Source: Octopus bimaculoides
Lineage: Eukaryota
Direction: 5' to 3'
Assembly: GCF_001194135.2 (NCBI RefSeq)
Contig: NC_068989.1
Span: 70,337,769 to 70,401,768 of the forward strand
Length of the DNA stretch: 64,000 bases
Made by a program: the position numbers and the translations under genes
In this document: positions 13,201 to 26,500 of the stretch, in pieces
Layout of the letters: every line of letters starts with the position of its first letter
How positions within the stretch are numbered: position 1 is the stretch's first letter
Notes under the pieces: generated by a model
Seen by the model: the letters and a program-made list of their open reading frames with translations, nothing else
Databases searched by the model: none
Told to the model about the DNA's origin: nothing

Positions 13201-16200
13201 ACATGAAAATCTGATGGCAGCTTTTAATTTAGATCACTTTAAAATAGTGAATTAGTATCATATAACTTGGAGAAGTTTCGGGTGGATTGGTTTAAAAAAG
13301 GTTAATGAAGATAATAAAAGAATGTGCAAATTAAGATAGTTATCTGAACTGCTTACAGGCTTCATTCACCTACCAAGAGGCTCAATCAAGAATTGACAGT
13401 GATTCTACAGATGAACTGACTGAAGGTCTACGTCGACTGAACAATCTGGCAAAGATTCTAAAGAAGAAGAGGATTGAAAATGGGTCTGTTTACTTACTTT
13501 TCATTCTTTCTTTTATGTCATTTTTATTGTCAAGCATAGCTGTGTGGTTAAGAAGTTTGCTTCCCAGTCACATGTTTTGGGTTCAGTCCCACTGCATGAC
13601 ACTTTGGGCCAGTTTTCTATTATAGCCCCCGCCCATCCAAGGCCTTGTGAGTGGATTTGGTAGACAAAAACTGAAAGAAGCCCATTGTGTGTATATGCTT
13701 GTGTGTCCTTGTCTTGGCATCATACTGTAGTTATAACCAAATCTCACTGTCATACAAGCAATGTCCTTGATGTCCAGTCTTCCAAAAACATATCTGTCCA
13801 TGAATCGGGTGGTTATAAAACAAACTTCTTGACCACACAGCCATATCTGCAGCTTTAAATATATATATATATATATATATGTAGAAAAGGAGTAGGTAGT
13901 AACTCTATAAGATGTACCCGGTGCAAGCTATGGACACATAAGAGGTGCAGCAACATCAAAGGCAGGTTAACTAGCAAGTTAGTTTTTGTTTGTGGCAGAT
14001 GTTCAGGTGCAATAAAGACTGTAAACAAACAGGAAACAACTTCTATCTCATTCCAGGGTGAAAAACTAGAGGTAGTCGATAGCTTCCGCTATCTGGGCGA
14101 CCAAGTTAGTAGTGGGGGTGGGTGCGCTGAAAGTGTAGCTGCTAGAATAAGAATAGCCTGGGCAAAGTTNNNNNNNNNNNNNNNNNNNNNNNNNNNNNNN
14201 NNNNNNNNNNNNNNNNNNNNNNNNNNNNNNNNNNNNNNNNNNNNNNNNNNNNNNNNNNNNNNNNNNNNNNNNNNNNNNNNNNNNNNNNNNNNNNNNNNNN
14301 NNNNNNNNNNNNNNNNNNNNNNNNNNNNNNNNNNNNNNNNNNNNNNNNNNNNNNNNNNNNNNNNNNNNNNNNNNNNNNNNNNNNNNNNNNNNNNNNNNNN
14401 NNNNNNNNNNNNNNNNNNNNNNNNNNNNNNNNNNNNNNNNNNNNNNNNNNNNNNNNNNNNNNNNNNNNNNNNNNNNNNNNNNNNNNNNNNNNNNNNNNNN
14501 NNNNNNNNNNNNNNNNNNNNNNNNNNNNNNNNNNNNNNNNNNNNNNNNNNNNNNNNNNNNNNNNNNNNNNNNNNNNNNNNNNNNNNNNNNNNNNNNNNNN
14601 NNNNNNNNNNNNNNNNNNNNNNNNNNNNNNNNNNNNNNNNNNNNNNNNNNNNNNNNNNNNNNNNNNNNNNNNNNNNNNNNNNNNNNNNNNNNNNNNNNNN
14701 NNNNNNNNNNNNNNNNNNNNNNNNNNNNNNNNNNNNNNNNNNNNNNNNNNNNNNNNNNNNNNNNNNNNNNNNNNNNNNNNNNNNNNNNNNNNNNNNNNNN
14801 NNNNNNNNNNNNNNNNNNNNNNNNNNNNNNNNNNNNNNNNNNNNNNNNNNNNCCGTTTTCGTGCGGGTGACACGTAAAACCACCCACTACACTCTCTGAG
14901 TGGTTGGCGTTAGGAAGGGCATCCAGCTGTAGAAACTCTGCCAAATTAGATTGGAGCCTGGTGTTGCCATCCGGTTTCACCAGTCCTCAGTCAAATCGTC
15001 CAACCCATGCTAGCATGGAAAGCGGACGTTAAACGATGATGATGATGATCCAAATTTAGGGAATGGAATTTGTAAAATCCAGGCTACATATGTTTCCTAG
15101 CTAGCAGAACCTCGGAAGTAGTAACCATCCGATGTTCTGCTACCTAGGAAATATATGTAGCCTGGATTTTACCTACTCCATTCTCTAAATTTGGATTTTT
15201 ATTCCCATACACAGCAACCCCAGTCGCTAACCACGAACTATAAAATAACGTTTTTCAGTTTATTGAACTTTGATATGGGAAAAATTTACAACCTCCTGTG
15301 TCAATAAACCACTATTTTTCCTGAAAGTTGTTTTTTATACCTTCTACAGACTACTTGAAGCTTACTAACTTTTTAGACCTGGGTCCTTAATTTTAATATA
15401 AATGTACTTTTTTCAGTGCCCTCGTGTTAGCATCAAGTGAGATCCGGTTCCACATTGATAGTGTAACTCATGAGCCAATTGATGTTCAAGCTAAAGAGAT
15501 TAGGTAAGGTTGATTTCTTTCACATTAATATGTTTAATAAGTTCCATCTGTGTTTTTCTTTTCTTATGTGTTTGGCTGAGAAGAAGGCTGGACAATGTCC
15601 ATGGTAAGTTTTGATTCTTCCTAAAGTGGGGAGTATAAGACCACAAAAACAATGCAAAAATTAGTAAATAGAATAATTGAGCTTTAAAGGAAATTAATCT
15701 CTCTCTCTGTATACATGTGTGTGTGTGCATGCATGTGCATATGTGTGTGTGTGTGTGTATTAAATCAGTAAAGTTGAAGTTTGGTCATAGAGTGACCAAT
15801 GTTTTTGCATCTGGAAAGCTCATCAGACTCCATACAAAAACAAGTTTAACTCTTCACCTCTTGGAGGAGGAAAAATGTTACGGTCAATTGGTCAAACGGC
15901 CATCAGAGAAAGAAAGTTCCATGATAGACAGATAGATAGATAGAAATAAGAAATGTAACAGCAAAACATTTGGCATCACTCGTAAACATTTAGTTTAGAT
16001 AGAAAATACAAACAGATAGGGTCTCTTATAGCTGTTTCTATAATAACCAAGCATGTGGATCATGATATTGAGTAAGGATTCCATAAGCTAGGTATTCCAT
16101 CATCAAAGAAGGAAAAATCAGAAAAATATGAACATGAAGAAATATCCTCAATCAAGGATATAAGGACTTTCCAGTTGTCAAAAGTAAAGTAAGGATCAGA

Positions 16201-17515
16201 GTGAAATAGATATGTATTATGCAGTTCCATATATTAGGTAATCCCGTAAATAATGCGTTTTTTTTTTATACTTCTTTTATTTTTCAAAATTAAGATAAAC
16301 AAAATTCTTTTTTAATCTAAAATATACTCTTCTTCATTTTCTACAATGCTCTTCCATCTATCTGGTAGACTTGCAAGGCCCCTCTTCCAAAATTCACTTG
16401 TCCATGACAAAAAATACTCCTCCAGTACTGTTCTGACCTTGTTTACAGAATTCATATTTTTTTCCATCCAAATGATTTTGAAGACTGCAGAATAAATGAT
16501 AATTAAATGGGGCAATATCCAGCAAATATGGTGGGTGGGGCATCGTTTCCCATTCAAACTGCTCCAGCCTTTGGAATGTCGTCTTTGCCGTATGTGGCCA
16601 AGCATTATTCTGATGGAAGAACACCTTTCGTCTTGAAACCAAAGATGGTCGTTTTTCTACTAGCGCTGACTTAAGCTGCTCACAGTAGATCTCCTTTGTT
16701 ATTGTTTGGTTTGGGTTTAAAAGTTCAAAGTGGACTAAACCTTTCATATCCCACCAAACAGATAACAACTCCTTACGTGGGTGAAAACCTTCTTTAGCCT
16801 GGAATGCCAGTGTTTCTCCTTTGCCTACCCACCATCTTCAGCACTTGACATATTTATAGAGAACCCATTTCTCCTCACAAGTCACTATTCAGTCCAAAAA
16901 AGGTTCATTCATGAGACGTGACAGCAAAGAAGAGCACACATTCACTCTCTGCACACGATAAGGATGAGAAAGTTTGTGAGGAACCTATTGACCCAACTTG
17001 CTTACTTTTCCGATGGCACGCAGGTGTCGATGAATGGTTGAATGAGCAAATCGAAGCTTCTCTGCTAGTTCCTCAACAGTCACAGTTAGATTTTGTTCCA
17101 CCAGGGTTTGTAGGACATACTCATCGAGCTCTACAAGATTTTCCAGGATGGGGCTTGTCTTCTAGGCTGTAGTTTCCAGTTCAGAATTTCTGGAACCATC
17201 GCTGACACTGGCTTATGCTTATTGTCTGATCCCCATATACTGCATTAATATACCTTGCACTTTCTGTTGCATTGTTGCCTTTATTAGACTCATAGAGCAA
17301 AATATGTCAAATATGCTCCTTTGTCACTTCCATTATAGCTTTGAAAAAATAAGTGTTAAAATCGAACTGCACTCTTCAAAACTTGCACTAAGAATAAGCA
17401 CAAGGTAAAATTACTACCTGCTTTTATAGCAAATTGATGCAGATAGTTTATCCCATCCCCTTCCAACTTTTAGTTCATGCAATTGAAAAAATCGCATTAT
17501 TTATGAGATGACCCA

Positions 17516-17553
<38 letters not shown>

Positions 17554-20500
17554 TGTTACAAAGAATTTTCAGCAAACNNNNNNNNNNNNNNNNNNNNNNN
17601 NNNNNNNNNNNNNNNNNNNNNNNNNNNNNNNNNNNNNNNNNNNNNNNNNNNNNNNNNNNNNNNNNNNNNNNNNNNNNNNNNNNNNNNNNNNNNNNNNNNN
17701 NNNNNNNNNNNNNNNNNNNNNNNNNNNNNNNNNNNNNNNNNNNNNNNNNNNNNNNNNNNNNNNNNNNNNNNNNNNNNNNNNNNNNNNNNNNNNNNNNNNN
17801 NNNNNNNNNNNNNNNNNNNNNNNNNNNNNNNNNNNNNNNNNNNNNNNNNNNNNNNNNNNNNNNNNNNNNNNNNNNNNNNNNNNNNNNNNNNNNNNNNNNN
17901 NNNNNNNNNNNNNNNTATATTGAGAAGCCTCAAGTTAAACGTAACAAAGACAAAGGTTTTTGTAAGTAGGAAAGAAGACAGGACTCTGGTACCTGCAGGG
18001 AAATAGCCTTGCTCGTTATACAGAAAAGGAATAGGCATAAATTCCATACACTGTACTCAATGTAAGCTATGGACACACAAGAGATGTAGTGGAGTCATTA
18101 GCAGAAAATGGAATCTTCATATGTGGGAGAATCACTGAAGTGGTTCATTTCAGCAAACTGGAAATTGCATCTCTTAAATGTCCAGATGGCTTGCTAGAAG
18201 TTGTTGATAGCTTTTATTACCTGGCAGATATAATTAGCAAGGGAGGTGGTTACTCTGAAAGTATAGTAGCTAGAGTGAGAATTGGTTGGAGAAAGTTCAG
18301 GGAGATACTACCACCTCTAACAACAAAGATCTTTTCCCTGAGAGGGAAGGGAAGACTGCATGATGTTTGTATCTGAACTGCAGTGCTACATGGTAGTGAG
18401 ACATGGGCCTTGAATGCAGAGGACACTAGAAGAGCAGAAAGAAATAAAACGATCGTGATGCTACTGGTGTGTATTCCTGTTTATATGTGTACATATATAT
18501 GGGGTTGATTCATTCAACTAAAAATTCTTTAAGGCAGTGCCCCAACATCGCTGCAGTCTAATTACTGAAACAAGTGAAAGATAAAAGATATATATATATT
18601 ATCATCCTCATAATCATCATTGTTTTACGTCCACTTTCCATGCTGGCATGTGCATTCTATTTGTTGTATATTTTAATTTTCATCACTTTATCCACAGAGA
18701 CACTAACTCAATGGTTGAAGAATTCATGTTGCTGGGCAATATCGCTGCTGCTAAAAAGATCTACGAAACTTTTGCAGAATTTGCTGTTCTACGTAGACAT
18801 CCTGCACCACCCATCTCCAACTTCAAACCTTTGATAATGGCAGCAGCCTCCAGGGTAAGTCTTGCTTTGCTCATAGTTCTAAATTACCTAATCTAAGTTC
18901 AAAGAAAAATAATACTTTCTGTCATAAGCAAAATGCCTCATGTTTTTGGAGACAGTATCAATTGATTTAATCTATTCTAGTACATAACTAGTACTTATTT
19001 TATTGAATCTGAGAGGAGAGAATGTGAAGTTATCTTCTACTGGATTTAAATTGACATCATAAAGGGATGCAGCAAAATACTTAAATGATTGTTAAATGGT
19101 TAGTAGCAGGAAAGGCATCCAGCTGTGAGAGCAGTTCATTGTCTTCATCATTGCCATCACTGCTATCACGATCATCATCAAGGCTGTAACATAGATGAAA
19201 GTTCCTGATGAGCTGAATTTGAGGCCTAAGTTTGATTCTGGTTGCATCTCTTCCCATTTACTTGTGTGTTTTTTATACATTCAGGAAAGGCTAGGATGAA
19301 ATGGCTTCTCATTTCCCTTCCTTAAAACATATTGTCTTGGGTGGTGATGATGATGATTACACAAGCAATGGGTTACGACAAACATGAATGATGATTATGA
19401 GTGAAAAGTGTCAAAAACTGCACATGGAAGGTGCTTTTGGAAGAGGAGGATGTGAAGTCTAACATTAGGATGCAGGATCTCATGAAGGACTGTGCCATGT
19501 AGTAAAATATATTACTGAATTACTGAAATAAGACTGTGGTTTCAAGTTCACTCCCTCTGCATGGTACCTTGGGCAAATGTGTTCATCCATAGCCCTGAAC
19601 CTAAAAAAGGCTTTATTAGTAGATTTGGTAGATGGAAATTGTGTGTGTTTATGCATGTTTGTGTGAGTATTTGTTTCTCTTTGTTTTATCATTGCATGAT
19701 AGTTATAAACAAATGTCACTGTTATACAAGCAGTGTCCCTCATTTCCAGTCTTCTGTGAAAACATGTCCAGCCATTAAGAAATATTAACTTTGCTTGGAA
19801 ACAGGAGAGTTGGCAGCAGGAAAGGCATCCAGCTGTAGAAAATCTACCCCAGCAAATTGTGGACGTTTTTATGATGAGAACGATGAGCTGTGCAGCCTTC
19901 GCTAGCCTGGAAAACTAGACATAAAAATGATGTTGATGTTGATTATATCAATGGAGAAAAAGAACTTTTACTACAACTTGAATGTGACTTTTTTTTCATC
20001 ATTTTAATTCTTTGGTACAATTCTTACTGCCAGCATTTTTTTTTTTTTGTCATTCTCTCTTTCACTTCTTTACAGGAAATTGAAATGGACTGTTCCACAA
20101 GCAAGGCTTTAGCTGATTCTTTGGACAATGCAAATATGGGTGAAGATGACAATTCCAATATAATGTTGCGTATGATGACAACTCGCTGTATGATGCAGGC
20201 TGTGTATTTCTGCAGTGGGACACAATCAGAATCTGAATTTGTTCATTATGGTTTGGCAACAGCCATTTATACTCATTTTACTTCACCTATTAGAAGGTAG
20301 ATAACTTGTTCTTCCATAGTATCAAACCAGTTACTCTACTCCTCTCATGTCTTATACACCATTGTAATAATGCTCAATTTGCTGATTTTTCCAATTTTGC
20401 TAATGATATCGGCTTCTCTCTTGCACAAAACAAATTTGGTAACTTGCAGAATTATGATCAACAACATTCTAGTAGTAACCATCTTTACTGTTTGTATATT

Positions 20501-23500
20501 GTTTCATATGTTCTTTTGTTTTGTTTTGTTGTTTGTTTGGGGTTTTTTTAAGATGGTAAGATTTGATTTGAAGGAGCTTGGGTGCTATTACTAGTGAGTC
20601 AAACAGTTGAAGATACAGTTATAAAGTTAAGGGCATGGCCAATTTGCAAACCTTGATTCATGGTGGCATTTGCCTCAATGATATTTTTTGCAACACTGCT
20701 ATTTGAAGCAAAATGGTTTTATTCAAGATTATTAATTTCCTTCTTCGTGATTATATTAATTGGCTTATAATATCTTTGAAAAACATTAACAAGAAAAAAA
20801 AATCCTTTTACTTGAATTTATAGGAAAGTTATTAAAAATCAGCTTTAGAATTCAAATTATATTTTCTCATCTTTTAACCCTTTTGTTTCCATAAGCACAG
20901 GCATGGCTGTGTGGTAAGAAGTTTGCTTCCCAAACACATGGTTCCAGATTCAGTCCCACTGTGTGGCACCTTGGGCAAGTGTTTTCTTCTATAGCTTCAG
21001 GCTATCCAAAGCCTTGTGAGTGGATTTGGTAGACAGAAACTGAAAGAAGCCCATCATGTGTATACATATGTATATATTTGTGTGTGTGTGTGTGTGCATC
21101 TGTGTTTGTCTCCCCACCATCACTTGACAACCAATGCTGGTGTGTTTATGTCTCCGTAACTTAGCAGTTCAGCAAAAAAGACCGATAGAATAAGTCCTGG
21201 GGTTGATTTCGTTCACCAAAAACCCTTTAAGACGGTGCATGGCACCTTGAGCAAGTCTCCTCCACTATGGCCTCAGGCTGACCAATGCCTTGTGCGTGAA
21301 TTTGGTTGACAGAAATGTGTGAAAGCCCATCATATTTATGTGTGTATGTTTGTGATTGTTCCCCAACACTTGACAACCAGTGTTAGTTTATTTACAGCCC
21401 TGTAACTTAGCAGTTCAACAAACAAGACTGATAGAATTAGTGCCAAACTTAAATAATAAATACTGGAGTCAATTTGTTCAACTAAACCCTTAAAGTCGGT
21501 GTTCCGACATGGTCTCAGTCCAGTGACTGAAGCAAGGGAAAGATAAAAAATGATTATTGATAAAGCAATTATCTGTTCATTATTTTAAGAATTTATTAAA
21601 TGCTTTTATTTGACATCTGAAAAACTATTAATTTTTACTCCTGTTTATCTTTGGGGAGAGCATGATATTTCTGTTTTACTCCAGAGAAGCTAAAGTTGAT
21701 GAATGAATTTTCGTTAATATCTGCAGTTTTATTTCTGTAATCTATTTCGTGCTTTTTTATCTTTCAACTATTACAGATATCCTGATATATTAGTACATCG
21801 GTTGTTGGCCCTTGCTATTGGCGCTGATGCATCTTATCCAGATTTGTTGGATAAAACCAAACTTCAGGTTTGTTCTAATTTTTTACTTTCAGCTATGGGT
21901 GTGTGATAAAAAGTTTACTTCTCAACCACATGGTTTAGGGTTCTATCCTACCACATGGCATCTTCTACTTTGTAAGTGGATTTGGTTGACCGAAACTGAA
22001 AGACACTTGTGATGTGTGTGTGTGTGTGCATGCGTGCGTGCGTGCGTGCATGTGTGTTGCTGTCTCCTTGCCTTGACATTGCATGGTAGTTGTAAATGAG
22101 TATCACTGTCATGCAAGCAGTGTCTGTCATCTCCAATCTTCCATGGAAACATGTCTAGCTAAGATATTACCTTACTTGAAAACAGGTGAACGTTGGCAAC
22201 AGGAAAAGCATCCAACTGTAGAAATTCCATCCGACCCATGCAAGCATGAAAAAGTGGACATTATCATGCACTAGTGTCTACTTTGGCATGGTTTCTATAG
22301 CTAGATGCCCTTCCTAATGCCACCCACTTTACAGAGTGTATTGAGTACTTTTTTTTTTTTTGTGGCACCAGCAATTGTGGTGATTACCTTATAATACGAA
22401 AAGGTAAAGGTTTGAAGAGACCCCTGAAAAAGTGGGTGATGGTCCTAGGTAGATGAGTGAGGTTGGGTAAGTAAGAGAAGAGGATGGAGGAGGTATGACA
22501 AGGGATAAGAGATGGAAGGGACTAGTGACAGGTTATTGAAAAGAAAGGAGGGGTTGTTAAAAGATGTAAGGGTGCATTGTGTAAGAGAGGTGGTTTAGGG
22601 CTGTCCAACATTACAAGGGATGAATATGGACAGAAGGGATGGGGTAAAAAGCAATAAAGAAGAACATCAAGAAAATATTTATTTCTAAAGTATTTTTTGT
22701 TGTTTTCTAATTTCTTATTTTTTAAAATAAGAATAATTTTGGAAAGTTTCTAAAATAATAAATCACATGATGCATTTTTTTTGTCCTTTTCTTCAGGATA
22801 CTTGTCTTCATTGCAACTACCGTCATAAAATGGCACAAGAGGCTTCTCGAACATCTGTCAATCTTCACACTCATGTATGTTATTTTCTTTTACTGATATT
22901 TATTACGATATCATTGCTCTTAAATATTACTACATATCATTCACATCGCTAAGACTTAACTACAGTTGCATTCACGATTTATGGAAAATGGTATGTTTTG
23001 CTTCACAAAAGCAAGGCAGACTTCCTATCTCTATCTATCTCTCTCTCTCTCTAGTTCATTTTCAAAACAAATAACAATATAATAGCATTGGAAAACGTGA
23101 GATGGGAATCTTCTTTTCATTTAAACAAATTAGTGAAGCAAGATCTCATTTTATGCAACAGAAGGCGCATGACCTAGTGGTTAGGGTGTTGCACTCATGA
23201 TTGTAAGGTCATGGTTTCAATTCCTGGACTGGGCAGTGCATTGTGTTCTTGAGCAAAACACTTCATTTCGTGTTGCTCCATTCCAGTCAGCTGTAAATGG
23301 AAATATGTGCCAAAGAAGAACCTACTTTGTCTTTTTTTTTTTTACAGAATACGTGTGTGTGTGTGTCGATTAGTTGACAGCTTAATGAAATCATTTCCTT
23401 GTTGCATATTATTAGAGCTAAGTCTTCTATCTTGAGCTTAAACTTCCATGAAATATGCTAATATTGTATTTTTGTTTCTGTGGAAATAAGAAATATGTTT

Positions 23501-26500
23501 TGAATTTCTACCCCCAGTATAAGTAACTCATAATTTTTTGTCATTTTTTTTTTTTCCTGAAATTTATATATTTTAAATTCTAATTAGATAGCTGCTATAT
23601 GAATTGTCTTTTCTTTATAGATATTCTTCAATGAAAAGAGATGCGATGAAGAAGGTTACGTTCTGTTTGTACGTAAAAATGCTATCCAAGTACTTATTCC
23701 AAAATATGGCTTGGAAGGGACCATTTACATCAAAAAAGAACAGAGTTCAATTCTTGTCTTTGATGATGAGGTAAGCTCAAAACCTTCTTTATCATTCCAA
23801 AATCAGTGTAGAAGAAGTAGAATGATAGTTGCATGCAAAATTTATTTTTCTGAAAGTTTTGAAATTTATTCTTTAATGTTTATTAATGTTTTGTCATCAG
23901 TTAAAAAATAAATTCATAAATCTTTATAAATATAGGCACAGGTGTGTCTCTATAGTAACAAGCTTGTTTCCCAACCATGTGGTTCTGGGCTCAGTCCCAC
24001 TGCCCAGCACCTTGGGCAAGTGTCATTTTCTGTATCCTCAGGCCAACCAAAGCCTTCTGAATGGATTTGGAAGATAGAATCTGAAAGAATCTTGTCACAT
24101 ATCTATATGTTTGTTTTGTGTTTGCCCCATCACCACCGCTTGACAACCAGTCTTGGTATGTTAACATCCCCATAACTTAGCAGTTCAGCAAAAGAGACTA
24201 ATCAAATAAGTACCAGGCTTTAAAAAAATGTAACTGGTGTCTATTCATTCAAAGCATGACCACAAACTAATGAACGAAACAAGTAAATGATAAAAGATAT
24301 TAAACTAAATTTCAAATTATTCCTTTTATAACCATATTTCAAAAGAAATACATAACCAGTGTTTTAGTTACAATTGGAAATAGTTAAGAATTTAGAAGGA
24401 TTTACTGAAATAGATAACTTTTTCAGGATTAATTGTTTTGTTACCTTATTTGTATTGAAATATACTGTCTACAGGGGAAGCAGTAAGTTGATTACATTGA
24501 TCCAGTACTCAACTGGTACTTATTTTATTGACCCCAAAAGGATGACAGGTAAAGTTGATTTTGCCAGAATTTGAACTGAGAATGTGAAGACAGCCAAAAT
24601 GCCACTAAGCATTCCACCTGGTGTGCTAACAATTCTGGCAGCTCACTGCCTTATTAGGAACATAAATCAACATGAAATTCTGATGGAAGATCACTTCAGT
24701 CCTTTTGATGCCAACCCACCTGAGACCACCTTTGGTTCTATAACACAAATTCAATGTTAATTTATATTCAAAGCACCTGCTTCATAGCAACATAGTTATT
24801 TCAATAAATCCTTTTTTTTTTTTTTAAATCAATTGAAACAAAAGCAAAATGGTTATCCTGTTTCAGCAGAAATATGGTAACAAAAGGGTTAAGATATGAA
24901 ATTTGTATCATAGGCCCAGGAGCAGTCTGTAGCAGGTTGGTGTCAGAAGAGATAAGCTAGTGTTTAAACTGGCCATATTCGGCCCAAATATTCTACCTAC
25001 TTTATTTTCAAACTGGTCAGACCTAGCTTCACACACCTATCCTAAAATGTCATACTAAAAAAATAAACAATCACATTATCAAGATGTCGAAGCTATGATA
25101 TGATGCATAATTACCGTAAAAATCTGTGTAATTTATGCAGGTGATTTTCAGGATAAAAATTGTTAAAAAAAGCTTCTACTCGTGTAAAATTTGAACCCAA
25201 AAGTTTTCAGAATTGCTGATGTGGCCAGGGGGAAAAGAGTTTTCAATTTAGTTGTATTTAGCATATGAAAATAAGTGCGTAAATTACATGGGTTTTTACA
25301 GTAATTCCAAACAATGTGTATAGATAAGCATTACATTTGACAGGGTAATCTGAACACAAAAGGTTTAAGATCTATCCAAAAATGTTTCATATAAAATTAT
25401 CATGGAACTAATGTTTATTTCCACATCAATGTGATTGATCCATAGGAATTGACATGACTACCGTTTTTAACTCCAGGGGGAGCCTCTTCCCTCCAGATGA
25501 GGTTTAAAATGGCAGTTACGTCAATTCCTATGGAACAGTCATATCAATGTGGAGATAAACATTACTTCTCAGTATAGTTAGTATTTTCATCTCTTATAGA
25601 GATTTTCTAACTAGCTACTTTGCTTGTTGCAATATCATGGACGATTTTAATTTAAATATGAAAACTTTAAAATAAGTTTTGTATTATAGAAATTGGAGTA
25701 GTCTCAAGCAGGTTAAAACCAAGTGTTAAATTTTTTTTAATATTTTTGGAAATAAAATTTGTTTGGTGTTGGTTTTAGATTTTGATAAATCTTGCTTGAT
25801 TAATTATAAATAAAAATATGGTTTTTCAGAAATACCAAATGAAAGCTGAAGATGTTGTACTGAAAGTCTTTGATCAAGTCACTGTGCAAATTCATATTGA
25901 TAAATCCAATGTACAACATTTGAGGCTCCACCTCGATCTTGTTGAGCCAAAGGTAAGTACATCGAATCATATTGAATCATCGCAAACACACACACATACA
26001 TTCATACATACATGTGTGTGTTTTTAGGAAGTTAATTATATGGCCAGTCATAGAGTGACAAATAATTTTGCATCTATAAAATGCTATAATCAACTACCTA
26101 TAAATACATTACTACTCTAACATTTAGAGTGGGTTTCTTTTGTGGATATATGATCTACTGATGATTATATATATAATACCTTAAAAGTGAGCTTGAATGA
26201 TGCTTGCTTGCAATGTTACCCAGCCAAACTGGCGCATAATGGGGAAAATACTATGAATTAGGTCCCCCATGAAATGTGAATACGAAAGGAATAAAACAAG
26301 TTTCACATAAATCAGACAACTGGTTGTTGAAATATTAGGGGTTTTCGGGCTATAAAAACTCCAAACAATGCATAATGGGAAAATACTCTGAAAATAACTT
26401 AATCCTGAAAGGGAAGACATTCTAACCTTTTGATTAGACAGTAACTTGACGACAAAAAATACAAGTTTTTTTACAGGAAATGTTTCTATTTTTGCTTTTG

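Noticed and set aside
14066-18047. Long ORFs containing X runs (14066-14980, 14089-14883, 14142-14873, 17508-17969, 17556-18047)
   Set aside because: Artefacts of translating through N gaps.
19195-19240. CTGATGAG motif as a hammerhead ribozyme or C/D snoRNA
   Set aside because: No downstream GAAA core or flanking helices, and no terminal stem with properly spaced C and D boxes.
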